Source: Eledone cirrhosa (lineage: Eukaryota). From it: a DNA stretch of 64,000 nucleotides. The translations under genes were made by a program, and so were the position numbers. Location of the stretch: positions 131,998,001 through 132,062,000 of the forward strand of contig OZ024740.1 in NCBI GenBank assembly GCA_964016885.1, in the 5' to 3' direction. Below the pieces are notes generated by a model that saw only the letters and a list, made by a program, of their open reading frames with translations, searched no databases and was not told the DNA's origin. Below are positions 25,511-40,794 of this stretch, piece by piece (within the stretch, counting starts at the first letter, position 1; every line of letters begins with the position of its first letter).

Positions 25511-28500
25511 CACATACACACACACACACATATGGGTATATATATAAGTGATTGTGTGTGTAGGTGTGATTACCTGTGTTTTTTTCGCGTTCGTGTGCGC
25601 GTGTCAGTGTTAGTGATTGTCTATGTGTGTGTACGTAACGAATGTATACCATTTATGGTTAGCAGTAATGTAAAATATATGTGATACATGTAATGAAATC
25701 GATATCGCTTATGTTTGGTGTTATGATTTTCTTTTCTTTCTTTTCTTTTTTGCAATATCTTAATTTCATACATATTAAGAAATCTATGTGCGGAGCGTCG
25801 AGATTCACAAGGAAACGGGTCCAATTTTCCAACAAGTCCAACATTTCTTTTAAATTCATCATGAAAAGATACCATTTTAGAAAAATTAAAAAAATAATGT
25901 TGTTCCCATTATTCGATATTAATGCATTATTTTACCATAGAAAAATATAGAATGTAGGATCATGAATTTTTCTTTTAATTAATAGAAAGAATTGTTTGCA
26001 CAACAGAAAAAAATGTCATATGTCATTACCTCTACTGACAGAGCAGATGTTATTTTCTCAGCTATTTCTATCATGCAATTCTTTCACAAGTCGATGGAAA
26101 AATAACATCATATTTTTAGTTAAAATAGAAGTTAAAGTGTCCTCATAGTTGTGGCGCTTAGGCAATGCAACAGGAGTCATCATTTGACGGTGTATATGAC
26201 AGTCCTTATTTAGACAAGCGTTTTATACATGATTGTTATAAATATCTAAAAATGAAAATTTATAATTTAATGCCTTGTAGTTGATGTGGGAATTACTTCA
26301 CTGTCCAAATATGTTCTAATAAATACAATTATAATGTCTCAATATTTCAAATCATCATTCCGTTTGTTAGAAAAGACGGTTGCATTTTTTTCATAAACTC
26401 TGGTGTTTTGATTGATTAGGTTTTAACATTTTGGAGCAACTACAGTAAAGATTTCTGACACTGTCCTATTACATTATTACTTTTTTTATATAAAAAAAAC
26501 AACACTAAATGTGTAGTAGCTGTTATGAAATGACGTTCAGATGTACATAAAAAATGTTGCAATTATGATAATATTCAAAATAGCATTTCCCACTACAATT
26601 TGAAATGTTTCATAAAAATACGAATAAATGAGACTATAGAGCAGAATCCGGAGAACACAATTTTTTTTTTCTGTTTTCAAATTGTACATTATGCGTCGTC
26701 AAGGAAAATCAGCATGCAACGATGTCACACAATACTTGCTAAATTTAAAATAACAATACTGACAGTAATTAGTAAATACATTTCTATTTTTGATCTTGTA
26801 ATTTTTAAACAATTATATTGTTGGTTTTGCAATAAGATTCAGAGTATAAGTTCAACCATTTTTAAACATTATATTATAATATTGGAAGATGATTGGGTTA
26901 AAAGGGAATGAAACATATTCTAAAATATTCTTTAAACGAAAGAAGAATTATTTTTTGGCATACTGGTAACTAGTTATTGTAAGCTTTTTACCAATTATTT
27001 TATAGTGCAATTTGTAATATAATGCTCTTTCCTATTACGTCCCACAATGCATAGATTACATTACGAGAAGAGAAAACAACCAATTAATTCAAAAATGTTA
27101 TTTATAGAAAATAATATATTATTTAATTTGATGTGGAAAAAAAAATGTTCTTTTCTGATATACAATTAATTAAAACAGCATGAAGCTGAAATTGTTAAGT
27201 GCGAACTTTGAATTCTGTATCTCAGAATCATAGTGACTATATGCACTTCAATATGCTTGATTTTCCTTGCATTTGGGGACCTCGAATATGTATGTGCTTG
27301 CAACAGGATAACTTAAACAGTCGGTAAACACAGAGAGCAAAATAAGATTAACTCAATAAGGAGAATAGATTACAATGGTAATAATGTTCGACGGACTTGC
27401 AGCATTTTATTTTATGTTTTAGGGCTTTTCTTACTCCATTGTCTAACAAGTTCTGCTTGATTGTAATTTCTATATTTAACGTTATTTTGAATCCAATTCA
27501 CATCGGTGTGAAATTGTAACATTGTAAACACTCTTTTGATGACAGAACACAAGTTCCTCATATTTTACTTACAATCAATATCCAAGCATACATTCTCGTT
27601 TTTAGCAAAGGATAAAGGATGCTCTGTTCGTGTAAAAATATATTTAACTGTCCGGGAAGATGATACTCGCATTGACAAAGTGTATGATTAATATCTATGA
27701 TCTAACAAACGATAGCAGACGGCTTTTCAATTTCTGTTAAGCAAATTGAAATGAAGGTCAATTGTTGACACCAATTTGTGGAAACTATATCTACTTTTCA
27801 ATTCCATCCCGATGAACATGACAGAAGTTTATATATTACTATATTTTTAAAATAAGTTACATCATAGACAGCAATTCTATAGGTCTTATTTAAAAAAATA
27901 TATATATTCAAATTATCTTTGTGTACCTATGACATATGAATATGAGATCATATCATATATAGTAGCAAATATTTATAGACAGTATTTTAAATAGACTGAT
28001 GACTGGCTAACAAAAATATATTTCAGTGCAAATTACATAGATTCATGTGAGAGTGTGTGGAATAATACAGGCAGTTTGTAAATTATTTTCCTAAAATTGG
28101 AGCAATACCACACGTGTACAATATAACATCAACGATACTATTCCTTCCATTTCAATATTTCCCTATGAAAATCTTTGTATAGGAGGCGTCTCGACTAAAA
28201 AAAGTATGGATTCGTTAGCCACACAAATTATTCTGCCATCTATCTTAATAGGTACTTGCCACAGGTAATATCAGGTATTCACAAATAACATAACATCTAT
28301 GTTAATTAGAGCAACTCTCGATACCAACTGCCGTCAATACTGAAAGTAACATCTGATATATTTAATGCGATTAGGTGGGTGAGGTCATAATCCTTCATGA
28401 CATATGAGTGACCTGGTTGTAGGCGATGATAGGATGCCAGTGGAAGTCTTAAAGATAGATATTCCTTTGAAGATATTCGTCTTTTCACTTCCATCAAGTT

Positions 28501-29582
28501 ACTTCTTTCTTTATTCTTATGACGTTCAATAAATCATCAATCATTTTATTGGTCATTGCAAGACTGTGAAATCCATTCAGTCTCAGAGATGGGGTATTCA
28601 TTCTGGTGTTTTACAAGTTTTCTGTTTCTTCAGTCTTGTCATTTTTCTCAAATGGTTCCTATTGCAACATGTACAAACCTTGATTTACTATACTATGTTA
28701 TTGGCTTTCGTCCTGTTCCCACAATGTTGTACAGCTTCCAAGTAGCTTTATAGTTCTGGATGTCATCCGAAATTGACTATTTACACTGACATCACCAAGC
28801 CACAAGCTGTTTTAATCATTTCTTTGATTATTGCTTGCTTCTTATCACCCCTAGATGCTTCAAAGGACAGAACACTATAGTTCAATATTAACAACGTCCC
28901 ACACGTTTACGATAGATATTTCTGCCGTATTATCAAAGCAGTTAGCAAGAATATTATGGTAAACCTTTTCTTGCAAAAATGCAGGAAGATTAGAATCCAA
29001 TAATGCGCACTAGCAAAATGGTTAAATGTACCACACCTTTACGAATAGGACAATGTCCATGGCCTGTACAATTGTGAGTTTAATAAATATGGGGTTCGAT
29101 GGAAGTAAAAACTGGTTAAATAAAGGTTGCGCAATGGCAAATGAAAAGCAAAATCAATATATTCCACCAGGAATCTATTAAGTTTGATTTCAATAACAAT
29201 ACTATCCCCGGTGAAAGCAATATGTTTACACAGTAATCCCTAAACAAAATCTATATTAAATAGACCGTAATATGAGATAATAAATAAACATCACTAAGTT
29301 GTAATATAAGGGTACATAAAAAAACTTATTTATTCAGACTAAATGGAACAACAGATGCAAAAGCATTCACCATTCTAACATATATTATAGCATTTGGATA
29401 TGTTCAATGGAGTATCCACATTTGTTCTTACAATATATAGTCAGAAATGTAATTTGTGTGATATATGTCCCGAAATAATGCACTTCATTTTATTCGACTC
29501 CTATATGCTAACTCCGATCGATAATATATAATCACGGACACAATAAAGTTCAACAGCGGTTTGCATCCGCGCGTTATTTATA

Positions 29583-32500
29583 ATAGCTGACGTACCCAGC
29601 TTCGCCCGGGTAAACAGATGATAAGAGAAGACAGGTAAAAGAGAAAATGACTGTATTGGATGTTTGTATGGTTACAGTATGAGGCGAGTCGTGGTGTCTG
29701 TGTGATATAAAAAAACAGTAAAAAAAATCTTCCAGATATAGCAGATTCTTCGTTGTACCGTTTGTGCATAGTATATGAACAATTCTAGGTGGGAGCACCT
29801 AGAATAGTGAACTCTAGGAGATGGTTCATCTCCTGCCTGACTGTAAAACGTGTATCATTGCATAGACGTGGTTGTTCGACGTTTCTCAAAAGGATGGTGG
29901 AAGTTCCAATCTTTTATATTATATGTAGATATAGATATAGATAATTGATATAAAAGATGTCCGTCAATGTAAAAAAGGTCCCTATTTATTTGAAATGGTT
30001 TATAAAAATGCCAAATTAATATGGATATGGATAACATGCTTATCTATAAGTGGTCAGCTCTAATAATAAAACAACAAATTATATGACACAAAAATTTATT
30101 TAGTAATTTCCAGGCTGCCACTGAGTAATAGCCAGTCAATGTTGCCCAGAGTTCAACTCGGGGAGGTGGCCTGGTTTGAACTCCAAATTGCGGATCCTTC
30201 TACCCGAAAATAGAATCGTTTTTCAATATTACACTAACCCTGGCCGGCAATAGGATCCAACTTGTTTGCCAAACTCAGCATATGATGAGGTTTTATTACT
30301 ACCGCTATCAGAGGCGATACATTTTAAGGCAATTTCTACCAATACTTGTTGGTTTTTATTGCTCATTATCGACAATAAATGACATTGAACAGAAACGATA
30401 ACTCTGTCAAAGCCCACAATACCGATCAAAGGGCACCAATGTCTGAATCATTTACGTCGAATATTCATAGCAGTGAAGGCAATTTCTACCAATACTTGTT
30501 GGTAATTATTGCGCTACATAGCAGTGAAAGCAATTTTTACCAATAGTTGTTTGATTTTATTGCTCATAACGACATTAAATGACATTGAACATAAATTATA
30601 ACTCTGTCAAAGTTCACAATTTGATCAAATGACACCAATGTCCGAATCATTTACGTCGCTTAGTGATAACATTAAAGATATGCATACATCTGCTCAAAGC
30701 TTAATTATAGACAATATTCAGGGTTGTTCCTCTGGGAGTGGTATCAATTGCAAATGCTATACCATCAGGATCGCACACTCGAGATGCAGCAACATACAGT
30801 TGCCCATGGCTCAATGCTGGATCATTCAAGTAGACACCAACTCGATTGAAAGTCTGTCCCTGTGCTTTGTTGAGAGTCATGGAGAAGGCCAAATTGACGG
30901 GAAACTGTCTCCTTTGCCAAATAAATGGCAGCAGATCTTCACTTGGTCTCAGCATGAGAACCGATTCCTCTCTGCCTGGGAGTTTAGCTTCTAAAACTAT
31001 TCCGTTAATCAATCTCTCTCAACAATCAATATGGTACCATTGTAAAGACCCGTTTTATGATTGATATTTCTAAGCAATATAATCGGCATACCTTTTTTCA
31101 ACCTCAAAATATGTGGGGGAAATCCGGGTATTTGAAGTTAATTCAGATACTCAGTCGGAACATCCATATTGTTCTGCTGATTAGGCTCCATTGCATTCGC
31201 ACTGATGGTCAACCATTCCTCTCCAGGAAACATTCTGGCTACTTGTGAATTTATTTCATCGGCCGTTGCATTCGTATGAGTTAGAATAACGCGTTCCGAT
31301 ATCCAGGAGATATTCTATCAAAAAGCATTCAAATTAGGCAACACCCAGTCAATCAATGCTTGGCGGTCCAGTGGCATGACCAAATTGTCTGGGATTCTTA
31401 CAGTCTGATTATCACTAACGTGTGGCAATTCATCGTTTCCCAACTGCATCGATCATATGTCTCAGCCTCTTCGATTTGCCCGAACATACGAATTCGCATA
31501 TTATCGTGTAATAGAAAAAATCTGAAATGGCACCACAACGGGGTCTTTTTCAGACATGCATCGACAATTTGCGCTCTTTGCGCATTCCTAACAATTGGTA
31601 GCACATGTCTGAAATCGCCACCAAGAACGATAGTCTTACCACCGAATGGTAGGTCACTACCGCAGATATCTCTCAAAGTTCTGTCCAATGGCTCAAGCAA
31701 ATATCTGTGTGCCATTGGAGCCTCGTCCCAAATAATCAGAGACGTATTGCGTATAAGGCCCGTGAGTTACACTTTGTCCTGTAATGTTACAGACACTCAA
31801 CTCATCCAGAGCCAATGGAGCCTTGAAGCATGAGTGGAAGCTCCTTCCAATACTCAGCAAAATGGCAGCGAACCCACTGGTGACCACAGGGAGAGCAATC
31901 TTCCTCTGAGTTCTGACTGCCGATAACATAGTGTTGAAACAGAATGTCTTTCCGGTGCCTCCTGGAGCATCTATGAAATCACAAAGTTGTTCATTAGTGG
32001 AAATCGAGTGGAGAACGCCATGGCCCAATTCTCTCTGAGATTGGGTCAACATTGGTATACGTTCAACCACAATACGTTGCTGTTCCAGTGAATCAAACTG
32101 GAATAGTTCCCTCCGATAGAGTGACAACCGTCTAAGCTGCAATATCATGTTCAATGCTTAGACACGTTGCCGTATTTCTTCATCAGGAATTGGCAAATTG
32201 AAATATCTTAAACATTTGAAATGAACTTCAAGCAGTTGCTCAATATTGAGCAAAACAATAGCTTTCATCAAATTTTCATTCATCGACCTGAAGATGATGC
32301 CTACAATCACCAAAGGCATTAAAAAAACACTCTTGGATTGGCAGGATTGGAGAATCCTAGAATCGTGACAAACAACTGCCGTATTTGAACTGGCATCTGG
32401 GTTGTTCCTGCAGCTTCCATGGCGTTATTCCATTCAGCGTCATCCTGAAGGAGTCCCAGATGCTGATACACAGCCTGATATGTTTCATATTCCACGCCAT

Positions 32501-34818
32501 TGATCGTTTTCAAATCAGCGAAGCTCTGTTTACCTCTCGAACAATCATTATGCAACATAATTCGGAGATAAAACACATCACCAGATGCTGAAGGGATATT
32601 CCAAACCCGTCCAATAGTCATGAATCTCAACTTTTGTTTTCTATCATTCCATTTTTTCCCTTCTTATCCAACGTATAGTGCGAAGGGAAATCGCAGTAGA
32701 GTTGCCTCTGATCTGGGTTCAAAGCATGTTCCCTATTATGCTTGAACCACTCAGTCAATTCCGTCTTAGGAGGTGGTGCGTTAGAAATTCTTTCGACATC
32801 TCTTCTAGTGTCCTGATAACAGACCATTTGCCTATTCTCTAAGTGAACCGTCAGTTTTTGAACGCTGGGTTTGCGTTCATTGAGATCAAAATCGAACACT
32901 CTCCAGCAAGCTTCGCTAGATCCAATCGAGCGAACATCCTGCCACCTGCCAACTTCATCTCCTTGGTTCGCTTCATCATTCCTGACATTAGTCATTGCCC
33001 GATCATGACCTTTGTAAACATATTTTAATAGATATTTGCAAGCTTTCACTGAGCTACAAATTTCCACATTAATACGACAACGATATTTCATAATCAAATA
33101 TGGATTGTATGGCACAACGCATTGATTTGTAACCTGTCGACCGTTTACATTTTCGACCAAACCGCCATCTGCAGACGGCCGTCTTCTGTATGAGGGATGA
33201 GCATCCCGATCGTTCCAGGATGTGTTCGTGACAAAAGATTGTGGATAGTGCTTACTACATTGGCCATTTTTCATGCAAGGCGCTTTCCAATTTGCCACTC
33301 GGCATTGGTTGTGCACCATTGACTTTGCCACCAAGTTGCGGAGTGCACAATAACAGGACGGTCATTTGGCTGTTGTCCTGGCAAAAGTGCATCCTTAATA
33401 TCAATCGATTCAGGATTGCATGCAACAGTTATAAACAAATCTGGATTTCCAAACCTTCTGACAATAACCATTGCATCCTGATAGCAAATGTTCATATATC
33501 TCGGGCTGCCGATGAACGACGATGGCAAAATGATGCGTCGACCAATTTGCTTGTAATTGGCATCATCGGCTGTCATCGCATCCTGTATATTATTATACAA
33601 TTCAGCTCTGATATGTTGCTGATGTGTAGCTATATAATTTAGCCTTTGATTTTCGATCTTTGCGAATGCCATACAACAGTATACCTGGAACAATCTGCTG
33701 GCTTGAAATAGTGCATTTATCTGATGATTCCTCTCGTTCAAATGGAACGCGTAAAGGCCGCGAATAGAATTAGTGTCTATTGCCACCGCCCTGTTAATGC
33801 TGATTGATGCCGATTGAGGACGATATCTCTCGATCCAGGCTTATCGTCCATCAACACAGCAACTTCACGAAATACTTCAGGGGCATTATATCGCCGTTCG
33901 TGTTGATTCCTTGGCATTGCGTCAGCCTTAATCACCAATGTTTGCTGCTGAATATTTTGCGGTTCAGCCACCTACATGAAATCCATAACATAAGGATTAC
34001 ACTGTCTAAGCCATGATTGCAAATCACGGATCAAATCACTTAAGCTTTGCCGTTGTAGTTCAGTTATATTTCTCGAACATCTCACTATATCTCTGTGATG
34101 CTAAAGCTAATGAATTGTTAATTTGCCGCGAATATTTAAGCAGTAATCTACCTCGGCCTCCTTGATCACCCCACATACATAGTATTTTAAACTCCGGTGA
34201 ATCCTCATCATCCGGCATTCACAAGGGTTCTAGTTAAATTGCTCCTTTATGACAGCACATTGTGGTCCACGTCTTTTTGTGCCTCAATGTGGACACAATG
34301 TGGATACTCTGTTCCTCCACCAATCTGAAAATATCACGGTTGCCATGATCCATTTTTAATATCATTCGTTCGCCTTCTAGCCTCTTTACTGGAATGAGGC
34401 TCACTTTGGCGACACATTCTCTGAACTTCTGTGTTGCGCTGGCGCTGTTCAGCCAGCTCCTCTTCATCCATCGCAGCACACCATTGCTGCTGAATTCTGG
34501 CCATCTGCTGATGATGTTCAGCCAGTTCGTCTTCAACCATCGCAGGATGCCGTCGCTGCTTGGCTCAAGGGTTTCGTTGGCTTTGATCACCCAGCTCCTC
34601 TTCAGTCATGGCGGCACGTCTTCGCCTGTGAAGTTTGGCGTTCCGATGGCGCTGCTCGACCCGTTTTCCTTCATTGCTGGCTGCAGGCCGTCGCCGCTGT
34701 TCACTGTTTGATAAAGTCGAATTGCTTTTATTATCAGTGTTCATTTCGAGCAATTGTCAAAAAATGGCACAATAATAAATAGAAAAGATGTTCGTCAATG
34801 TAAAGAAGGTCCCTATTT
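29583..34818 (-). mobile_element. Degenerate Helitron (Rep/PIF1-like helicase), 5' end interrupted by PLE
   Basis: Fragments LPSSFIGSPRYM...LFITVACNP, VVPYNPYL, DAPGGTGKTF, LGGDFR, RQFPV.LAF.MT.NKAQGQT and HGQLYVA.SR. A 3' hairpin tacccgggcgaagctgggta (29593-29612) is followed by CTAT (decayed CTAG)|T. Confidence 0.92.
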
Positions 34819-34819
34819 A

Positions 34820-37370
34820 CTCCCTTCACAAATCTTCATAATGTCCATACCTGCATTGTTTTGGCCTTATTACACATATTCAAACGTTTATACCTCATTA
34901 CACAATGCTTCAAGTGAACTATAACCTCCTCCTTTCATTACGCCTGAGCCAGGCCCAGTTCACAACTGTAAAGAAACTCTTCCAGCTATCTGAAAAGCGC
35001 GCCAAAGCCGGCTGCCAAATAAACTTCCTAAAACGATCCCTGAATAACAACATCATCCCCAAAACCATCAAAAATTTACACCTACCAACATGATTCAAAT
35101 CACCAGGCCTCAAACGATCACTCAGTTACATACAACAATTCTGCCTAAGAAAACTCATACAACACCTACACCGCACGCTACAACATCACATACGGACTAT
35201 TTCCAGCCTTGTACCACAACTGGCTGAAACCCCAGAACCTCTGTCCAGGGTCATCTCCACCACTATAGACAGGTCATACCACCACCGCCGAGACTACGAG
35301 AAAATACGCCTAACGCAAAAAATTCTCAAACTCAGGACGGCCAACTGTCTTAACAACATCCCAACGCCAAACACCAACAGAGGCGAACAATACGTTACCA
35401 ACACCGAACCTAGCGGCACCCCGACCAATAACACACCTGACGCAAAACACCTCGTCACAGACTTGACAGGATCCCTCTCCCGAGAGGAATTAGACCTCCT
35501 CAGCCTGGGTCCCAAGTTCATATTGAAACAGAGACTGGACGACAGACTATGGCTCGACATAGAAACGAATTTCTGTCGGACTGCCTACCAACTGAAATGG
35601 ATATCGACTCTCGACAACAACACCACGGAATCCACCACACCCAGATTCCCGATATACCAACTAGATCGCCCACTCTATCCACCGCCCGCCAACCGCGAGC
35701 TGGAAGAAAAACTCTCGAGACTAAAACATTCCGTATTTAACATCTTACGGAAACAGAAGAAGATGGCCCCTAACCTCTCCAGGACACAACAACTCGCCCT
35801 GAAGAACCTACGGAATAAGGAACTTATTTACTTACCATCCGACAAAGGTAAAGAGTTCTGCGTCATCTCTCAAGCCATATACAATAACCAAGCCTTCGAA
35901 CACCTAAGCGACAGTAAATTGTACACAGTGATCCCGGACATGACCGCAGCCCAAATCGAAAAACAGACCAACTCCATTTGGTTCGATATCTGTAGGAGAA
36001 GACAACTCCCGAATAAAATTAAGCTCAACTACACCACTAGAAATAGCAGACTGCCCACTTTCTACCACCTCATCAAGACCCACAAGAATAGCACTAAGAC
36101 GCAAATAAGACCCATCGTCTCTAGCATAGAAGGACCCCTATACACAATTTCCTGGATTCTCTCCCAGGTCCTCAAGCCTCTACTCTCCACCTTCCCCGGG
36201 CATGTCAGTAGCTCCGACGAAGTTATACGTAGACTACACCAACTCCAGCCAGAACAACTTAAACTAAATAAATACGCTTTTAGCCTCGACGTTGTCTCCA
36301 GCTACACTACAGTCCCCGCTCACCCAGCTGTCGATTTATTGACGGACTGCGTGGTCACAGAGTACATCCACTGCTACGACCTCCACCCGACGGACATACA
36401 CCAGCTGTTGTCCTTCACAGTAGACAACACGTACTTCACCTTCCAGCACCACACATACAGACAGACAACAGGATTACCCATGGGATCCAGCCTTTCGGGC
36501 CTGCTGGCCATCACCTACATGAACCAGCTACAATGCCGAGCCCTTAACACCTGCCATTCCCATGCCTTCTTCACCCGATATGCAGATGACATACTCATCC
36601 TTACATCATCCCGTGAGGAGGCAGAGAAAATATACACAACATTCTCCAGCATGGACGCCAGTATAAAGTTCTGCATGGAACACCCCGATGACCGCGGATC
36701 CCTATCCCTACTGGACTTCCAACTCAGGGTAACAGAGGAAGGCAACATCCACACCTGCTTCTATGAAAAATCCGCCAGCAGGGACCTGTTCGTACATTTC
36801 AGATCGGCCCTCCCACTCGGTGCCAAGTTCGGATACATAAAGAACGAACTGGCACGTATCAAGAACAAATGCACCGACGCCAGAGACCGAGACACACACA
36901 CCACACATTTCCTGGAAGTACTCAAACTGAACGGATACACGACATCCACCACAAACCGTGCCAGAAAGAACAGAGGACACCACACCCGAGGCACTAACAC
37001 TTGCTTCCTGAAGCTCCCACACTTCAGTGAAGAAACAACAACAGCCATCCGCAGAGCCATCAGACGAGAGGGACTGGATATCCAACTGGCCCACTCGGGT
37101 CCTTCTCTGCGCGGACGGCTGGCCAAGAGACACTCCACCAGACATGACAACTGCTGCAGACTAGCCAACTGCCCCATCAACGACACAGACCTATACCACC
37201 AGGCTTACGTAGTATACAGTCTAGAGTGTGACAAATGCAACAACTTCTACGCAGGTAGCACCACCAGACCACTCCACATAAGAATAAAAGAACACCTCAA
37301 TACTAACGCTTCCTCATTTAAGAAACACCTAGTTAAATGCAAAAACACCGATAAAAACACAACGCTGAAG
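34820..37370 (+). mobile_element. Penelope-like element 1 (RT + GIY-YIG), N-terminus disrupted, 3' end lost
   Basis: LLSLGPKF, PSDKG, RPIVS, SLDVVS.YT, GLPMGSSLSG, RYADD. GIY-YIG VVYSLECDKCNNFYAGSTTRPLHIRIKEH. Confidence 0.93.
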
Positions 37371-37389
37371 ACGAATCACTGGTTAGAAA

Positions 37390-39430
37390 TAAAAGCAATT
37401 TCTGCCCACAAAAGGCAAGAAATAAAGCACTGGACACGTACTGCGAACACATCACCAACTTTCCCTATGAAAAAATTACAAATAAACACACGAAATCAAA
37501 CCTATCTACACACGAATGGGAAGAATTATTCACACTTAGAAACAACCCTGAGATAACCATCAAAGAAGCCGATAAAGGCAGTACTGTTGTCATTATGAAT
37601 ACGGACTACTATAGGACCCTCGCACTTAACATTTTAGAAAACAACACATACTATGAAAATACAGAAAACTACAAACACACCAAAACAATGGGGAACCTTT
37701 TGACCTTACTGAATAAATACCGCAACAGCTTAACCACAAAAGAGTTTAACTATATAAGCCACTTCAAATGCAATACAAGCTCTTTTTACGGCTTACCCAA
37801 ACTCCACAAATGTAAACCCATAAACGATGCATGTGGCACCTCAACCAACAATTACATTGAACTAACACCACCAGAAGACCTAAAACTCAGGCCAATTATA
37901 GCAGGCCCTACATGTGAAACCCACAGACTTATCAACTTTCTGGACATCCTACTGAAATCCTGTCTACAACATATAAAGAGCTACATACGAGATGACCTTG
38001 ACATGCTGTAGCACCTCCATAAAACAGTAAGTGCAAATACAATTCTTGTCTCCTTCGACGTAATAAACCTCTACACAAACATACCCCAAAACTATGGAAT
38101 AACAGCAGTCCAATACTGGCTTAACACACACCCATCAGAAATACCGACATGCATCAACAAAGATTTTATCACTGACGGACTCCGCTTTATCCTACAAAAT
38201 AACTACTTCACATTCAATGGTTCAACATACAGACAAGTATCAGGTACTGTAATGGGCACGAAAGTAGCACCCACATATGCCAACTTAGTCATGGGATTCC
38301 ATGAACAACAAATATACAGTCAGTCCCTTCTCTTATTTGGAGACTCTTTCCGCACACACCTCAAAGCCAATTGGAAAAGATATCTAGACGACTGCTTTAT
38401 CCTATGGCAAGAAGACATGAACTCACTTACTATGTTTAAAAACATGATAAACAACATAGATAATAACATACAATTCACAATGGAATCCAATCCCAAGGAA
38501 TTAGCCTCCTTGGATATTCTCATATCTGTAATAGACGGGAAATTAGATACAGATATATTCTATAAACCCACAGATTCCAAGCAATACCTCTTTTTCACAT
38601 CAAGTCACCCAAAACATACAAAACTTAACATTCCTTACAATTTGGCCAAACGTGTATGTACCATAGTATCAGATCCACCTAAACGGGAGCAAAGACTAAA
38701 GGAACTAAAAGACACCCTTATCTTAAGAGCCTTTCCACTTGAAATAATCAACAATGGAATAGACAGGGCAAAACACCTAAATCCCCATCAACTTAACAAT
38801 CCAAAACAGAAAACCACACTCAACACCCTGTCATATGTATCCAATTTCAACCCCAGAAATACCGAAATGTTTGATCACCTACACAACAACCTCCCCATCC
38901 TACTTAAAGATGTAAAAATGAAGTCTATTCTTGAAACACACAAGATCCTTAAAAGTGAAAGACAACCCAAATCACTAAAACGCATTCTCACTGGACCAAA
39001 TATACCCAAACCAATCCTCAACCCTACAGTTACCAAATGTGGTAGAACAAACTGTGGAACGTGCCTCTACCTCACTGAAGGACAAACATTTACATTTAAA
39101 GATGGCCAAACATTTACAGTAAAAAACAATTTCACCTGCAACTCGGAGAACTTGATTTACGCAATAACTTGCGGTGGGTGCAAACGCAACTACATAGGAC
39201 AGACGGGCACTCATTACGCAAAAGAATGACCATCCACCGCCAACAAATCCGGGACGCTAACACAAGAAAAATCCCCTTGAGCAGCCATATTGCGAACTGC
39301 GCAGGAATGACACTACCCAACTTTAAAATCTTCCCCTTCTACAAGTTCTCAGATTCGTTCACACAGCAACAAAGAATAAACAAATTTGAACCAAAACTAA
39401 ACGGGTTATCACTCCAATAGAATTGTCATA
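37390..39430 (+). mobile_element. Penelope-like element 2 (different family, 5'-truncated, stops/frameshifts)
   Basis: IKEADKGSTVVIMN, FYGLPKLHK, RPIIA, SFDVINLYTNIP, MGTKVAPTYANL, RYLDD, LIYAITCGGCKRNYIGQT. Confidence 0.93.
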
Positions 39431-39739
39431 AAATATAAACACACATACGCATGGAGTGACAGATATATGTGTGTGTATGTGTGCATGTATATAATTATCA
39501 CTACTATTAAAGACCAGAGACCAATTCTGTAGAATCAGGTTTATTCGTTGACAGACCATGCCTTTGTGTGACCAACACATCCATGTTAAACCCTGCACGT
39601 GCGCACACATATATCTATATATATATGCGCACACAAAATTCACCACTGTCGGTTGCGGGGCCCAATCTACATGTAGAACTCAATGTGATCAGAATGACTT
39701 GTATTTTAATTTCACTGTCCTAACTTCTTATATTATGGA

Positions 39740-39992
39740 AAAAATATATGTGTATGTATGTATATATATATATATTTGGAGGCCATTTCTCTATGTGTGT
39801 GGGTGTATGTATGTATATGTGTGTGTGTGTGTGTATGTGTGTGCATGTGGATGTATGTATGTGTGTGTGTGTGTGTGTATGTATTTGTGTATCTGGATGT
39901 ATGCGTATGTGTATATATATGTGTGTGTGTGTATATATGTGTGTGTGTATGTGTATATATGTGTGTGTGTGTGTATATATGTGTATGTACAC

Positions 39993-40026
<34 letters not shown>

Positions 40027-40177
40027 ATGTATGTGTGTATCTGGCTGTATGTGTATGTATATGTATGTGTGTGTGTATATATATATATATGTGTGTATGT
40101 GTATATATATATGTGTGTGTGTGTATGTATATGTATGTGTGTGTGCACGTATGTGTGTTTATGTATATATATGTATA

Positions 40178-40232
<55 letters not shown>

Positions 40233-40300
40233 ATATATATGTGTATGTATATGTATATGTATATGTATGTGTGTGTGGATGAGGGTATGTGTGTATATAT
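39740..40300. repeat. Compound (TG)n/(TA)n microsatellite
   Basis: Directly visible. Confidence 0.97.
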
Positions 40301-40760
40301 AGGTGTAAGTGCACTAAATCCCTATCTATCACTCTCCCCTCTCCTACCGACCACAGGGAGATATATGTATATATATTGCTTCCACCCCCTCACTGACCAG
40401 CAGCTGGCCATCTGGCCATTGCTAAATCTGACCTTTATAAAATAACCCACTCCCCCAAATAACTCCTCATTCATACCAGAAAGGCACACAGCAGTCAACT
40501 TGCTGCTACCAAGATGAAAACTACTATGAAATCCCACACTGAATTTTATACTTGAATTTTCAAATCTCAAATTTTAACTCTTCTTATTATTAATTTTCTT
40601 AATATTAATCAACATTTGAAAAGATGGCTTTTGCAGACCCATCGAAACCAGTCATTTTTTATACACTTTATTATTTCCTTACCTTATACAATTATATGTT
40701 TTTTCACAAAAAAGTATTTTGTCTCTTATATATTCCATGTGCCATTACCAACCTCAATTT

Positions 40761-40794
<34 letters not shown>

